In this document: one piece after another, positions 1-12,600 of the stretch | How the letters are laid out: the number at the start of each line of letters is the position of its first letter | Position numbering within the stretch: the first letter of the stretch is position 1 | Source of the DNA: Haplodiscus bocki | Lineage: Eukaryota | Assembly: GCA_965655095.1 (NCBI GenBank) | Contig: OZ296649.1 | Location: 104,036,001-104,100,000, forward strand | Direction of reading: 5' to 3' | Length of the DNA stretch: 64,000 nt | Notes under the pieces: generated by a model | Told to the model about the DNA's origin: nothing | What the model saw: the letters and a program-made list of their open reading frames with translations, nothing else | Database searches by the model: none | Translations under genes and position numbers: made by a program

Positions 1-212
1 AATGAATCGGTTAAGCTTGTATAAAAGCAGCAACTTGCCATTCTGAAAATTGATTCTTCAAAAATCTTCCTCAACAGCAGCAACTCGCTTCTTCCAACTA
101 CCAACGTACCCACCCACTGGTGAAATTTATCAACAATACCTTCCTGCGATCAGATTTCAGTGCTCAACCTTTGTCGAAATGGAATACCTTTTCCTATTAC
201 AGGAAACGATGT

Positions 213-530
213 CTGACTGTGGTTCCATGCAAATACGAAACAACAGAAAACATTAAAAGTTTTCTGGATCTACAACTGATCTTCCAAAGGTGAAACTAAT
301 TTCCTGGAAGATATGGATACAGTAGTGCAAGAGTTGACTAAATTTGCAGACTTGTTTCATTCTACGTGACATGAACCTTGACATTCCAACAAATTCTCCA
401 ATTACTAAGAACTATCTGAAAACCACAAAACAAAATGGTTTCTCCCTACTAACATTGAGTCCAAGGAGAGTTACGGAAAACTCATCGACCACAATTGATC
501 ATGTGATACATTAAATGTGATCTCCACAAA
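213..530 (+). pseudogene. Decayed LINE apurinic-endonuclease fragment (repeated at ~8088-8405 and ~15957-16275)
   Basis: Reads FILRDMNLDI (ILGDFN-like) near 355-385 and LSPRRVTENSSTTIDHVI near 455-510 (the PTR..S.T.IDH motif of LINE APE domains), with stops and frameshifts. Confidence 0.7.
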
Positions 531-629
531 AGCAAGATTCTCAAAAAATTGTCGCAGACTGAAGTGAACGGCCTCGAGTTCAGCTTGTCAGTAAATCTCG
601 ACAACGATTAGTCAAGTGAGCGCTGGATG

Positions 630-3050
630 CGCCTCCATCCGATTGGAAGTCTTCGAAAACAAACGACACGAAACTTTCGACCTTTCAAACGGAAGTTGAG
701 ATATTTCGAATTAGGCGTTCAAACAAGGCCATCCCGGCAACTCAACAGATAACGAAAAATCAAAAAGCACTGTTTGAACGCATTTCCATCAGTAGCTTCC
801 AGGAAAGTCATTTCTGAAAAGAACAAATGGGAATTTTCTTCTTTCAATTTATTGATACATTCCCGCAAAATTACATATCATACTTTCCCACTGAATTCAA
901 GCCAGCAATCAAGCAAGCGAGCGAAAACTTGCTTGCAGCTTGCAAATAACGTGCAATTTGACATTTGTTGCCAGTACAATGGAAGTACACACCGTATCTG
1001 TGTTCATGACACTTGGTATCGCAAATGTAACACAGAGCCAAAGCTTGGCTTCGCAAACATTAGCGACAAGACGCCGACTTCCAGTAGACAATCATTACAA
1101 AAATGCAAACTAAAGGCTTCATCAAAACTTGCGAACGTCAGCAAATCTTCAAAAATTAAATAGCTCTACATTGAAAACTAACAGCAATTACCCTGTCAGT
1201 GACAAAAACGTTCGATTTTGGTTGATCAACGGAACAAAACTGACATTCAAACTCCGAGAAAATATTACAGTATTTACGCAGCAAGTTGAAAATACTTCAA
1301 GCTTATAACACAAGTAGAAACAAGGTCAATTCTCAAACATCAGACAGCTCGCGGTAAAATGTCAAAATAGACCATCCCAGCAGCAGATCAGAAGCTTCAT
1401 GTAGCGAATAGTTCAATCAGCACTGGAGTGAACTAATCCGACCATTAGCAATTGCAAAAAATCTACACCTAATGAACGACGCAACTAAAAACATCGTTGA
1501 CTTTCAAACTAAAGTTCGGAAACTTTCGTCTAAAAAAGAAAAGTTGCTCCCATCTCTAAGAAGGATATCTGCGTGACAAGATTTCCAATACGCACTGGTC
1601 GGAGAGGCAATCTGACCATTAGCTTTCAAGAAATTTATTTCTGAAAAACTTTTCGTGTTTCGAATCTTCAATGAACTCCCGTGAAAATTGAAAAACAACT
1701 TCGCGCCGAATTCAAGCAAGAAAGTGATAAGTTCCGTGCAATTTGCTAGTAACCTACAAGTTGTTAATGGTCAACAAAAAGTAACCTCAAGTCTGTGCTA
1801 ATGACACTTGCTATCACAAAAGTGTCACGGCGGCAAAGATGTGCTTCACAAACACTCGCAATATTCAACTGGTTTCTAGTTCACAGTTATCAAAAGAAAT
1901 CCTGCGTAATGATTACAACAAAACTAGCAAAAGCTAGCAAATCAATACATCCAAGAAGTAACAAAAGATACCCTGTCAGTAAATAGGAATTTAAAATTAA
2001 GGTTAATCCACCCGCAAACACTGGCATCTAATCATTAGATTGGGGGCACGAATTTCACGAAATATAAAACATACTTCAACAAAAAAAATTAAGCAAACGA
2101 AACAAGTAAGAACATTCGATTTCAGAAACACAAGTTGGAACAGCTCGCCATAAAAGTTAAAAATACGTACTCCCAGCTACTTATCGAGAAATCTCGACAG
2201 TGAGTAGTTGAATGATCGCTGGATTCGCCCAATAGGACCAGTTGTCTTCAAAGAGAACAATGTAACGAACGACATGAAAACATCTTCGATTTATGAAATA
2301 AAAACTGAGATATTTTGCCAGAATAATTCCAAATAGACAAGGCTAACAGCTGATCAGAAGTTCCAGGCACCTTGTATTTGAAACAGCACTGTAGGGACCC
2401 AAACGGGCCATTAGATATTGAGAAAAAAAATCGATCAACAGAAGTAACAACATTGTTGAGTTTCCAATAACAGTTCAAAGAATATCGTCAAAAACTTTGA
2501 AACAGTTAATCCCTGCCACTGCAAAGAGCATCTGTGTAATTAGAAATTGAAGAGGCATCCGTCGGACGCAACCCGGCCAAAAGTTTTCAAGATAGTTATT
2601 CCTTTAAAAAAGACAACTTCCATCATTAAATTCCAGCGAAATTGAAGAGGCGTGAAATCTGTTTTCTATGACAAACTTGTTTCCAGTCGGGCAAAAAGTT
2701 ATCGGGATCAATGATCATGACACTTGCTATCGCCAGTGTAACAGAGGCGAAGCTGTGTTTCACAAACACTCGCGACACAGAGAGCCAACTTCCTGTACAG
2801 AGCTATCAAAATAAATGCGCCATAATGGTAACACCGAAACTAAGGAAAGCCAGCAAAGCTTTTAGCTTTAAACGCTGTACATTCGAAAATAACAGGAGAT
2901 ACCTTTTCAGTGATTAAAACGTTCCATTTTTTGTTGATCCCCGTTGATCCTCCAGGCAACAATTTCTTTGATTTAGCCATGAAACAGATACACATTCACC
3001 GGTCTATAAAAACAAAGGCATCACGGATGCTAGGCATTAAACGTTCAAAC
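630..3050. repeat. Old degenerate triplicated module (~800-920 bp period) inside flank X
   Basis: ATGACACTTG(G/C)TATC at 1006, 1801 and 2717, each followed by similar sequence including a TACC(C/T)TGTCAGT-like motif at ~1189, ~1969 and ~2899. Confidence 0.7.
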
Positions 3051-3766
3051 CATAAAATGTTGAATAGTAAAGCAAAACTTGGGAAAAAACAAACTCAGCA
3101 AAAATGATGTCTAAAAACATTCAAAGCGTCTAAAATTTCGTTTGGCCAACTGGTTAATTATCGACGCAATGATTGGTCACCATTTTGAAAAAGCAGAAAA
3201 ATAGACGCAAATTAAATTGACAAATTTGAATCCATTACTATAAGTACTTGAAATTGAAAGGTAAGGAGTCACGTTAGCTCTAGCAGGCGGAAAAGTAAAA
3301 ATATATGAAGGAAACTAAATAAATAATTATCCGAGTAAGCCGGCCAGTCAGAAAGAGGTTTGCGAAAGATGCTCGAAGATGCGAAGAAAAAAGAACAGTA
3401 AACTTTATAGGCCTTAAGCCTACCGACTTAATGCCTAAAAATAGATGATATGTTATGTTACCCCCTTTCCGCAATCCAGAAAAACTTTGAAAAGGCAAGC
3501 TCCAAAAAAATTTGAGACAGCCTCCCAAGGCGAAAATCAATTTTTAATGTAACGAGCCAAAAATTTTTCTTTATACCCGCTTCAAAAACTCCGAAGCCGA
3601 ACACCATGTTTTTATACTTGAGTTGCACGAATGTATAATGTCCAAAAATCCTGCGGAATTAGTTGGCAACAAAAAAAATGGAGAAAAAAATGGTATCACG
3701 TTGATGTTTTCAAAAACCCAATTTTTTCAAACACCTAGACTCTAGTCCTGCGAGCATTTCGAGACA

Positions 3767-3772
3767 TACTAG
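3767..3772. repeat. 6-bp target-site duplication TACTAG, left copy (also 11643-11648)
   Basis: TACTAG immediately precedes GGTAGTAAGAGTGTGAGC at 3773 and 11649. The same hexamer follows the right terminus at 31263-31268. Confidence 0.85.
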
Positions 3773-4830
3773 GGTAGTAAGAGTGTGAGCTGACCTTGTA
3801 GGGGGGTGGAGGTCCCTATGTATTAGGATAGGCTATAGCGAGCCAAGAAGGGACCTCCACCCGAGCCGAGAGCTTTCGGGTGACGTAATACTCGATTCTA
3901 ATTGGCTGCCGAGAGCTGAGGGTTCTCGGGTGCTCGATTCTGATTGGCTGCCGAGACGAGTCGTGTAGGTTTAATGTATCAAGATATGGAGCCAAAAGCC
4001 GAGTCATTGTATTAAGATAGGTAATGCATGTATGAAGATAGGCAGCACATGTATTAAGATAGGGAGCCGACTCAATGTATTAAGTTGGGTAGTTCATGTA
4101 TTAAGATATGGGATGCATGTATTAAGATAGGCAATAAAATTCGGTATTATATAAGCATAGGCTATAGTTCGTCTCAATGTATAAAGATATGGAATGACTC
4201 ATTTTCGGCACTGTGAGACTGCTTTTTTCCGGAATCAAGGTCGATGTTTTAAGATAGGAAATGATTTTCGGTAATGTATTAAAATAAGGAGTGACATTCG
4301 GTATTGTAAAACTCTAGGTTCTAGGTTTTTCAGCGTATAAGGGAAGAGTGGGGTGTTTTACTCATTTTCGGCAATGTGGGACTACTTCTTCCTCCAAAAT
4401 CATGGACATTGTATAAAGATAGGGATTGATTTTCGGTAAAAGTTTAAGAAAAGCCGTGCCATTCAGTGATGTGCTATTATGGGCTTTAGGGTTTTGCAAC
4501 CTATAAAGTTACGAAATGGGGTTTGAAGATTCACTTTCGGCAATGTGAGACCTAATTTTTTTTTTCAAAGATTTGGATTTTTTTCTAAGAACGTTTCTGG
4601 CATACCTGCCGCTGAACAACGCCCTTGGGGAAAGTTTGTTATGTTTGCGGTTAAATTTTACGGTTGTGGATACTGTTGTGACCTAATACTACGAGAAAAC
4701 ACATTTCGGTAATGTAACGAGATAGGGTATATTTCGGTAATGTAAAAAGATATGGTTTAGCTCGGCAAGGTCTCAGAATAGAGTATAGTTCGACAATGTA
4801 ATAGGATGGGGTATAACCTCAGTGACGTCT
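3773..4830 (+). repeat. Polinton/Maverick-type left terminal inverted repeat with subterminal minisatellite (second copy 11649-~12700)
   Basis: Starts GGTAGTAAGAGTGTGAGCTGACC, the reverse complement of the right end (31262 inward: AGTAGTAAGAGTGTGAGCTGACC). Contains a perfect 14-bp inverted repeat (3804-3817/3849-3862), CGATTCT(A/G)ATTGGCTG units and many ATGTATTAAGATAGG / TTCGGTAATGT units. Confidence 0.85.
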
Positions 4831-6279
4831 GCGTAAGATTAGTTTAGCAGGAAAATCTGAAAAAAATGTAGATATTATAGCAACTTGACTGTAGCAGTGC
4901 AAAAAAAAATAGTGGCGAAAAAATGTAGCAATTTTTACCCATTAAATGTCAACATATAGGCATATATCGCAAAAAAAATCTGCCTTAAAAAAGAAATACC
5001 AGTTATAAAAGAAGTTGTCAATCACTTTCCGCTACGCCTGCGGATACTATTTTGACCTAGTGCTATGTAAAAAGATTCATTTTAAGCTCGAGAAATTAGT
5101 TCGAGAGTACAATTTTTAACAGAAACATTGTATAAACTGCAAGTTTAAATTCATGCAGACTACAAAAACGATGATTTTTCACGTCTCTGCCTATATTGTA
5201 CGCCTGCAAGTACTCATTTGCTATGTCAACATATGTTTGCAACGTAATATTAACAGATTTTTGTTAACAAGAACGGGTTTGAGTGTTGTTTCTGATCCGC
5301 GCAACGCATTGAGAGACAAGTAAGGTCGTCTGATAATGTAACAGCTTGGGTTTTCAATTCGCTCAATGTACAATGATAATATTGTGTACTGCAACTTTTT
5401 ACGTTCTGTAGAGCCGTATTTCATCAACTAGAACAAGCAATGTTCACCGTCGTACCTCTTGTCCTGATGTTTACCATGATCACTCCTGGTCCTTATACTC
5501 AAAGTAAACAAACAAAGATATTTCATGCTAAAAGTAACTTGAAGCTAAACTGTGAGAACAAATGTCATTGATAACCAAAAGTGATTGTGTAAGTATTACA
5601 AATCTCAATCATACAGTCAGACACATATGCCAAGTAGTTGACGTTTGTTCTAAAGTGCTTCAGGATTTTCATGACTATTGTTTCTTCAACATGTTTGATC
5701 TATTAGTCGTGGGAATTATTTTCAGTTTCTTCTGATTGAAAAACTACAAAAACATAGCTTTGCGTTACAGCATGACCAATAAGCAGTACTTTTGCATCGA
5801 AGAGTTCCTCAAATAACACAAAATAGTTTAAATGCTCAGCAACGTAGTCTGCATGTCTGCAAGATACCACAAAAAACTTGTGAAAGTTGAGAGATAAACT
5901 GTGTACTCAGGCTTTCTTTGCGTTTGTGTACCCAAATCATGGAATTTGAGGACAAGCAAGCATACAAAATTTTTGAGACAGGAGTCTTAGTTTGAAAATC
6001 AAAGAACATTAAACCAAATCAAGCAATTTTTTTTACTTTGGTAGCATTATGCCTAAAGCTGAATGATAAACTCATGTGTCTTATGGCTTCTGTTAATTTG
6101 AAGACCAAATCAATACCGACAGTATACGCAGAAGGTAGGCGAAAAGTTGAGGCGACCGGCTCTAAACGCTATCAAAATACATAGTGGAACAAAATCGACT
6201 CAGATCGCACCTCCTAATACATTGACGGATTCATACACTCTGTTTTTTGTCAAAAACTCCCAATCTTAGCTCAATTTAA

Positions 6280-6600
6280 TGACTCGGACACCCAAATCCA
6301 AACCATACAAAATTATATTACCGAAGTGTACCCGGTCTTAATACATTAGTGGATAGTGTACGCTTTTTTATTAAAGCCTGCTTTATTACATTGTTGAGCT
6401 ATACCCAACATTTTTACATTGCTGAGCTATACCCAATCTAAACACATTGTTGAGGTATACCCAACATTAAAACACTGCTGAGCTATACACTTCCTTAGTA
6501 CATTGTCGAATTATGACCAATCTAAATAAACTGCTGTTGGTTTTCGCGCAACGTTGTTGGCAGCCAATCAGAATCGAGTAATATGCCACCAAATAGCGCT
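6280..6600 (-). repeat. Internal inverted TIR-like module (~30-bp ACATTGCTGAGCTATACCCAA units plus a CCAATCAGAATCGAG unit); also ~14150-14470, ~19545-19865, ~28360-28680
   Basis: Units are reverse complements of the terminal minisatellite type. GCAGCCAATCAGAATCGAGTAAT (~6560) mirrors the TIR motif. The 6283-6365 block is paralogous to 23741-23826. Confidence 0.7.
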
Positions 6601-9600
6601 ATGAAAAATCGACATGATTAAATTAAAAACAGACAACCTAATAACTACTTGTACTTATGTGGGCGCAAAGTTAAAACCAATGCCATAAAAGGAAATCCTG
6701 TAGATCAATCATCATGCAATAGTTTCAGCGGGCTGCATCACGAGTATGAAGTTCGTAAAACAGTTCCGTAAGTGGTTTGAAGCAAGAAGCGATCAACGTA
6801 CACAGAGAAAAGCGTGGAGAGACTACAAGGTTCATTGATATTTGAAAAAAAATGGACTTAACCTGTGACAGGAAGCCGCTTCCATTTATAGATAATAACC
6901 CGACCGACTTGAACCACAAAATTTGAAAGTAGTACAATATGTGTTTTTATCGGTCAAAATAGAAGAATCCGTACACTCAATGGAAGCGACAAAGATGAAT
7001 GGGTAGATAAGTAGGGTTAAAATTACTTGGAGGATGCTTTGTAACTTGTTACTTGCAAGAGAAAAATTTGCAGCTTTCAGGAGAGGCACCGGAGAGTTGT
7101 CTACGAAAAGTGCAGTCAAGTTTCAACGGTCATTCGAGAAAACTAAAGAAGTAACGAGAGGTAAGTCCGGGAAATTGTTGAGAAATTGGGACACTGAGTA
7201 AAATGAATTGTCTCAGTTGAACACCTCCTCTTATGCCGTCAAACAAATGCTTATTGTAGTTTGTGTTCCACATTTTTCACAAGTAACTTTTTTGCTGCGT
7301 TAGAGGGAAGAAATTTGAGTAATAGTAGTATAACGTAAGTTCGTGAAGTAAACATAAAATTTGTAACAACTTGAATGAACCAATGAAAAAGAAATAATGG
7401 CGAAAAAATGTAGCAAGTGCCACTCATTATTTTATACCATATATGGAAAGACCGTAAAAAAAACAGATCAAGCATAAAGGGAAATACCAACCGTAAGGGG
7501 AGCTCTCAATCAGTTTCTTTTGTTTTGAAAACCGACTATATACCTTTAAAAACTAGTTAAAAGGATGAAAGAGCTTGTATGTCAAAACAACTCAAGTGGA
7601 ACGAGTTACGAGTTCCCCCTTTATGGTGACACTGTCTGGGAAAATTTTTCATGCGGATTAACATCGCCAGACAGCGTGCCTGAGAAAATCAATCAAGCGG
7701 AGCAGAGTCCCCTGATAAGGCGACAGGTTGTCTGGAGAAATTAGTTTGAACGAATGACTGAAAAACAAAATAGTGTTAAAACTTGCATCAGGTCACTGAT
7801 AAAGGAAACACCTCCCATATATGGAAATCGTTGTAGCTTTGACCAAAAAAGGAAAGATTTTCCATATAAAGCAGGAATGAATCGGTTAAGCTTGTATAAA
7901 AGCAGCAACTTGCCATTCTGAAAATTGATTCTTCAAAAATCTTCCTCAACAGCAGCAACTCGCTTCTTCCAACTACCAACGTACCCACCCACTGGTGAAA
8001 TTTCTCAACAATACCTTCCTGCGATCAGATTTCAGTGCTCAACCTTTGTCGAAATGGAATACCTTTTCCTATTACAGGAAACGATGTCTGACTGTGGTTC
8101 CATGCAAATACGAAACAACAGAAAACATTAAAACTTTTCTGGATCTACAACTGATCTTCCAAAGGTGAAACTAATTTCCTGGAAGATATGGATACAGTAG
8201 TGCAAGAGTTGACTAAATTTGCAGACTTGTTTCATTCTACGTGACATGAACCTTGACATTCCAACAAATTCTCCAATTACTAAGAACTATCTGAAAACCA
8301 CAAAACAAAATGGTTTCTCCCTACTAACATTGAGTCCAAGGAGAGTTACGGAAAACTCATCGACCACAATTGATCATGTGATACATTAAATGTGATCTCC
8401 ACAAAAGCAAGATTCTCAAAAAATTGTCGCAGACTGAAGTGAACGGCCTCGAGTTCAGCTTGTCAGTAAATCTCGACAACGATTAGTCAAGTGAGCGCTG
8501 GATGCGCCTCCATCCGATTGGAAGTCTTCGAAAACAAACGACACGAAACTTTCGACCTTTCAAACGGAAGTTGAGATATTTCGAATTAGGCGTTCAAACA
8601 AGGCCATCCCGGCAACTCAACAGATAACGAAAAATCAAAAAGCACTGTTTGAACGCATTTCCACCAGTAGCTTCCAGGAAAGTCATTTCTGAAAAGAACA
8701 AATGGGAATTTTCTTCTTTCAATTTATTGATACATTCCCGCAAAATTACATATCATACTTTCCCACTGAATTCAAGCCAGCAATCAAGCAAGCGAGCGAA
8801 AACTTGCTTGCAGCTTGCAAATAACGTGCAATTTGACATTTGTTGCCAGTACAATGGAAGTACACACCGTATCTGTGTTCATGACACTTGGTATCGCAAA
8901 TGTAACACAGAGCCAAAGCTTGGCTTCGCAAACATTAGCGACAAGACGCCGACTTCCAGTAGACAATCATTACAAAAATGCAAACTAAAGGCTTCATCAA
9001 AACTTGCGAACGTCAGCAAATCTTCAAAAATTAAATAGCTCTACATTGAAAACTAACAGCAATTACCCTGTCAGTGACAAAAACGTTCGATTTTGGTTGA
9101 TCAACGGAACAAAACTGACATTCAAACTCCCGAGAAAATATTACAGTATTTACGCAGCAAGTTGAAAATACTTCAAGCTTATAACACAAGTAGAAACAAG
9201 GTCAATTCTCAAACATCAGACAGCTCGCGGTAAAATGTCAAAATAGACCATCCCAGCAGCAGATCAGAAGCTTCATGTAGCGAATAGTTCAATCAGCACT
9301 GGAGTGAACTAATCCGACCATTAGCAATTGCAAAAAATCTACACCTAATGAACGACGCAACTAAAAACATCGTTGACTTTCAAACTAAAGTTCGGAAACT
9401 TTCGTCTAAAAAAGAAAAGTTGCTCCCATCTCTAAGAAGGATATCTGCGTGACAAGATTTCCAATACGCACTGGTCGGAGAGGCAATCTGACCATTAGCT
9501 TTCAAGAAATTTATTTCTGAAAAACTTTTCGTGTTTCGAATCTTCAATGAACTCCCGTGAAAATTGAAAAACAACTTCGCGCCGAATTCAAGCAAGAAAG

Positions 9601-12600
9601 TGATAAGTTCCGTGCAATTTGCTAGTAACCTACAAGTTGTTAATGGTCAACAAAAAGTAACCTCAAGTCTGTGCTAATGACACTTGCTATCACAAAAGTG
9701 TCACGGCGGCAAAGATGTGCTTCACAAACACTCGCAATATTCAACTGGTTTCTAGTTCACAGTTATCAAAAGAAATCCTGCGTAATGATTACAACAAAAC
9801 TAGCAAAAGCTAGCAAATCAATACATCCAAGAAGTAACAAAAGATACCCTGTCAGTAAATAGGAATTTAAAATTAAGGTTAATCCACCCGCAAACACTGG
9901 CATCTAATCATTAGATTGGGGGCACGAATTTCACGAAATATAAAACATACTTCAACAAAAAAAATTAAGCAAACGAAACAAGTAAGAACATTCGATTTCA
10001 GAAACACAAGTTGGAACAGCTCGCCATAAAAGTTAAAAATACGTACTCCCAGCTACTTATCGAGAAATCTCGACAGTGAGTAGTTGAATGATCGCTGGAT
10101 TCGCCCAATAGGACCAGTTGTCTTCAAAGAGAACAATGTAACGAACGACATGAAAACATCTTCGATTTATGAAATAAAAACTGAGATATTTTGCCAGAAT
10201 AATTCCAAATAGACAAGGCTAACAGCTGATCAGAAGTTCCAGGCACCTTGTATTTGAAACAGCACTGTAGGGACCCAAACGGGCCATTAGATATTGAGAA
10301 AAAAAATCGATCAACAGAAGTAACAACATTGTTGAGTTTCCAATAACAGTTCAAAGAATATCGTCAAAAACTTTGAAACAGTTAATCCCTGCCACTGCAA
10401 AGAGCATCTGTGTAATTAGAAATTGAAGAGGCATCCGTCGGACGCAACCCGGCCAAAAGTTTTCAAGATAGTTATTCCTTTAAAAAAGACAACTTCCATC
10501 ATTAAATTCCAGCGAAATTGAAGAGGCGTGAAATCTGTTTTCTATGACAAACTTGTTTCCAGTCGGGCAAAAAGTTATCGGGATCAATGATCATGACACT
10601 TGCTATCGCCAGTGTAACAGAGGCGAAGCTGTGTTTCACAAACACTCGCGACACAGAGAGCCAACTTCCTGTACAGAGCTATCAAAATAAATGCGCCATA
10701 ATGGTAACACCGAAACTAAGGAAAGCCAGCAAAGCTTTTAGCTTTAAACGCTGTACATTCGAAAATAACAGGAGATACCTTTTCAGTGATTAAAACGTTC
10801 CATTTTTTGTTGATCCCCGTTGATCCTCCAGGCAACAATTTCTTTGATTTAGCCATGAAACAGATACACATTCACCGGTCTATAAAAACAAAGGCATCAC
10901 GGATGCTAGGCATTAAACGTTCAAACCATAAAATGTTGAATAGTAAAGCAAAACTTGGGAAAAAACAAACTCAGCAAAAATGATGTCTAAAAACATTCAA
11001 AGCGTCTAAAATTTCGTTTGGCCAACTGGTTAATTATCGACGCAATGATTGGTCACCATTTTGAAAAAGCAGAAAAATAGACGCAAATTAAATTGACAAA
11101 TTTGAAACCATTACTATAAGTACTTGAAATTGAAAGGTAGGGAGTCACGTTAGCTCTAGCAGGCGGAAAAGTAAAAATATATGAAGGAAACTAAATAAAT
11201 AATTATCCGAGTAAGCCGGCCAGTCAGAAAGAGGTTTGCGAAAGATGCTCGAAGATGCGAAGAAAAAAGAACAGTAAACTTTATAGGCCTTAAGCCTACC
11301 GACTTAATGCCTAAAAATAGATGATATGTTATGTTACCCCCTTTCCGCAATCCAGAAAAACTTTGAAAAGGCAAGCTCCAAAAAAATTTGAGACAGCCTC
11401 CCAAGGCGAAAATCAATTTTTAATGTAACGAGCCAAAAATTTTTCTTTATACCCGCTTCAAAAACTCCGAAGCCGAACACCATGTTTTTATACTTGAGTT
11501 GCACGAATGTATAATGTCCAAAAATCCTGCGGAATTAGTTGGCAACAAAAAAAATGGAGAAAAAAATGGTATCACGTTGATGTTTTCAAAAACCCAATTT
11601 TTTCAAACACCTAGACTCTAGTCCTGCGAGCATTTCGAGACATACTAGGGTAGTAAGAGTGTGAGCTGACCTTGTAGGGGGGTGGAGGTCCCTATGTATT
11701 AGGATAGGCTATAGCGAGCCAAGAAGGGACCTCCACCCGAGCCGAGAGCTTTCGGGTGACGTAATACTCGATTCTAATTGGCTGCCGAGAGCTGAGGGTT
11801 CTCGGGTGCTCGATTCTGATTGGCTGCCGAGACGAGTCGTGTAGGTTCAATGTATCAAGATATGGAGCCAAAAGCCGAGTCATTGTATTAAGATAGGTAA
11901 TGCATGTATGAAGATAGGCAGCACATGTATTAAGATAGGGAGCCGACTCAATGTATTAAGTTGGGTAGTTCATGTATTAAGATATGGGATGCATGTATTA
12001 AGATAGGCAATAAAATTCGGTATTATATAAGCATAGGCTATAGTTCGTCTCAATGTATAAAGATATGGAATGACTCATTTTCGGCACTGTGAGACTGCTT
12101 TTTTCCGGAATCAAGGTCGATGTTTTAAGATAGGAAATGATTTTCGGTAATGTATTAAAATAAGGAGTGACATTCGGTATTGTAAAACTCTAGGTTCTAG
12201 GTTTTTCAGCGTATAAGGGAAGAGTGGGGTGTTTTACTCATTTTCGGCAATGTGGGACTACTTCTTCCTCCAAAATCATGGACATTGTATAAAGATAGGG
12301 ATTGATTTTCGGTAAAAGTTTAAGAAAAGCCGTGCCATTCAGTGATGTGCTATTATGGGCTTTAGGGTTTTGCAACCTATAAAGTTACGAAATGGGGTTT
12401 GAAGATTCACTTTCGGCAATGTGAGACCTAATTTTTTTTTCAAAGATTTGGATTTTTTTCTAAGAACGTTTCTGGCATACCTGCCGCTGAACAACGCCCT
12501 TGGGGAAAGTTTGTTATGTTTGCGGTTAAATTTTACGGTTGTGGATACTGTTGTGACCTAATACTACGAGAAAACACATTTCGGTAATGTAACGAGATAG

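Noticed and set aside
3960-4830. CRISPR-like array of short repeats
   Set aside because: The repeats are degenerate, variably spaced and lack unique fixed-length spacers. The context is eukaryotic with no cas genes. The same applies to 23780-24610.
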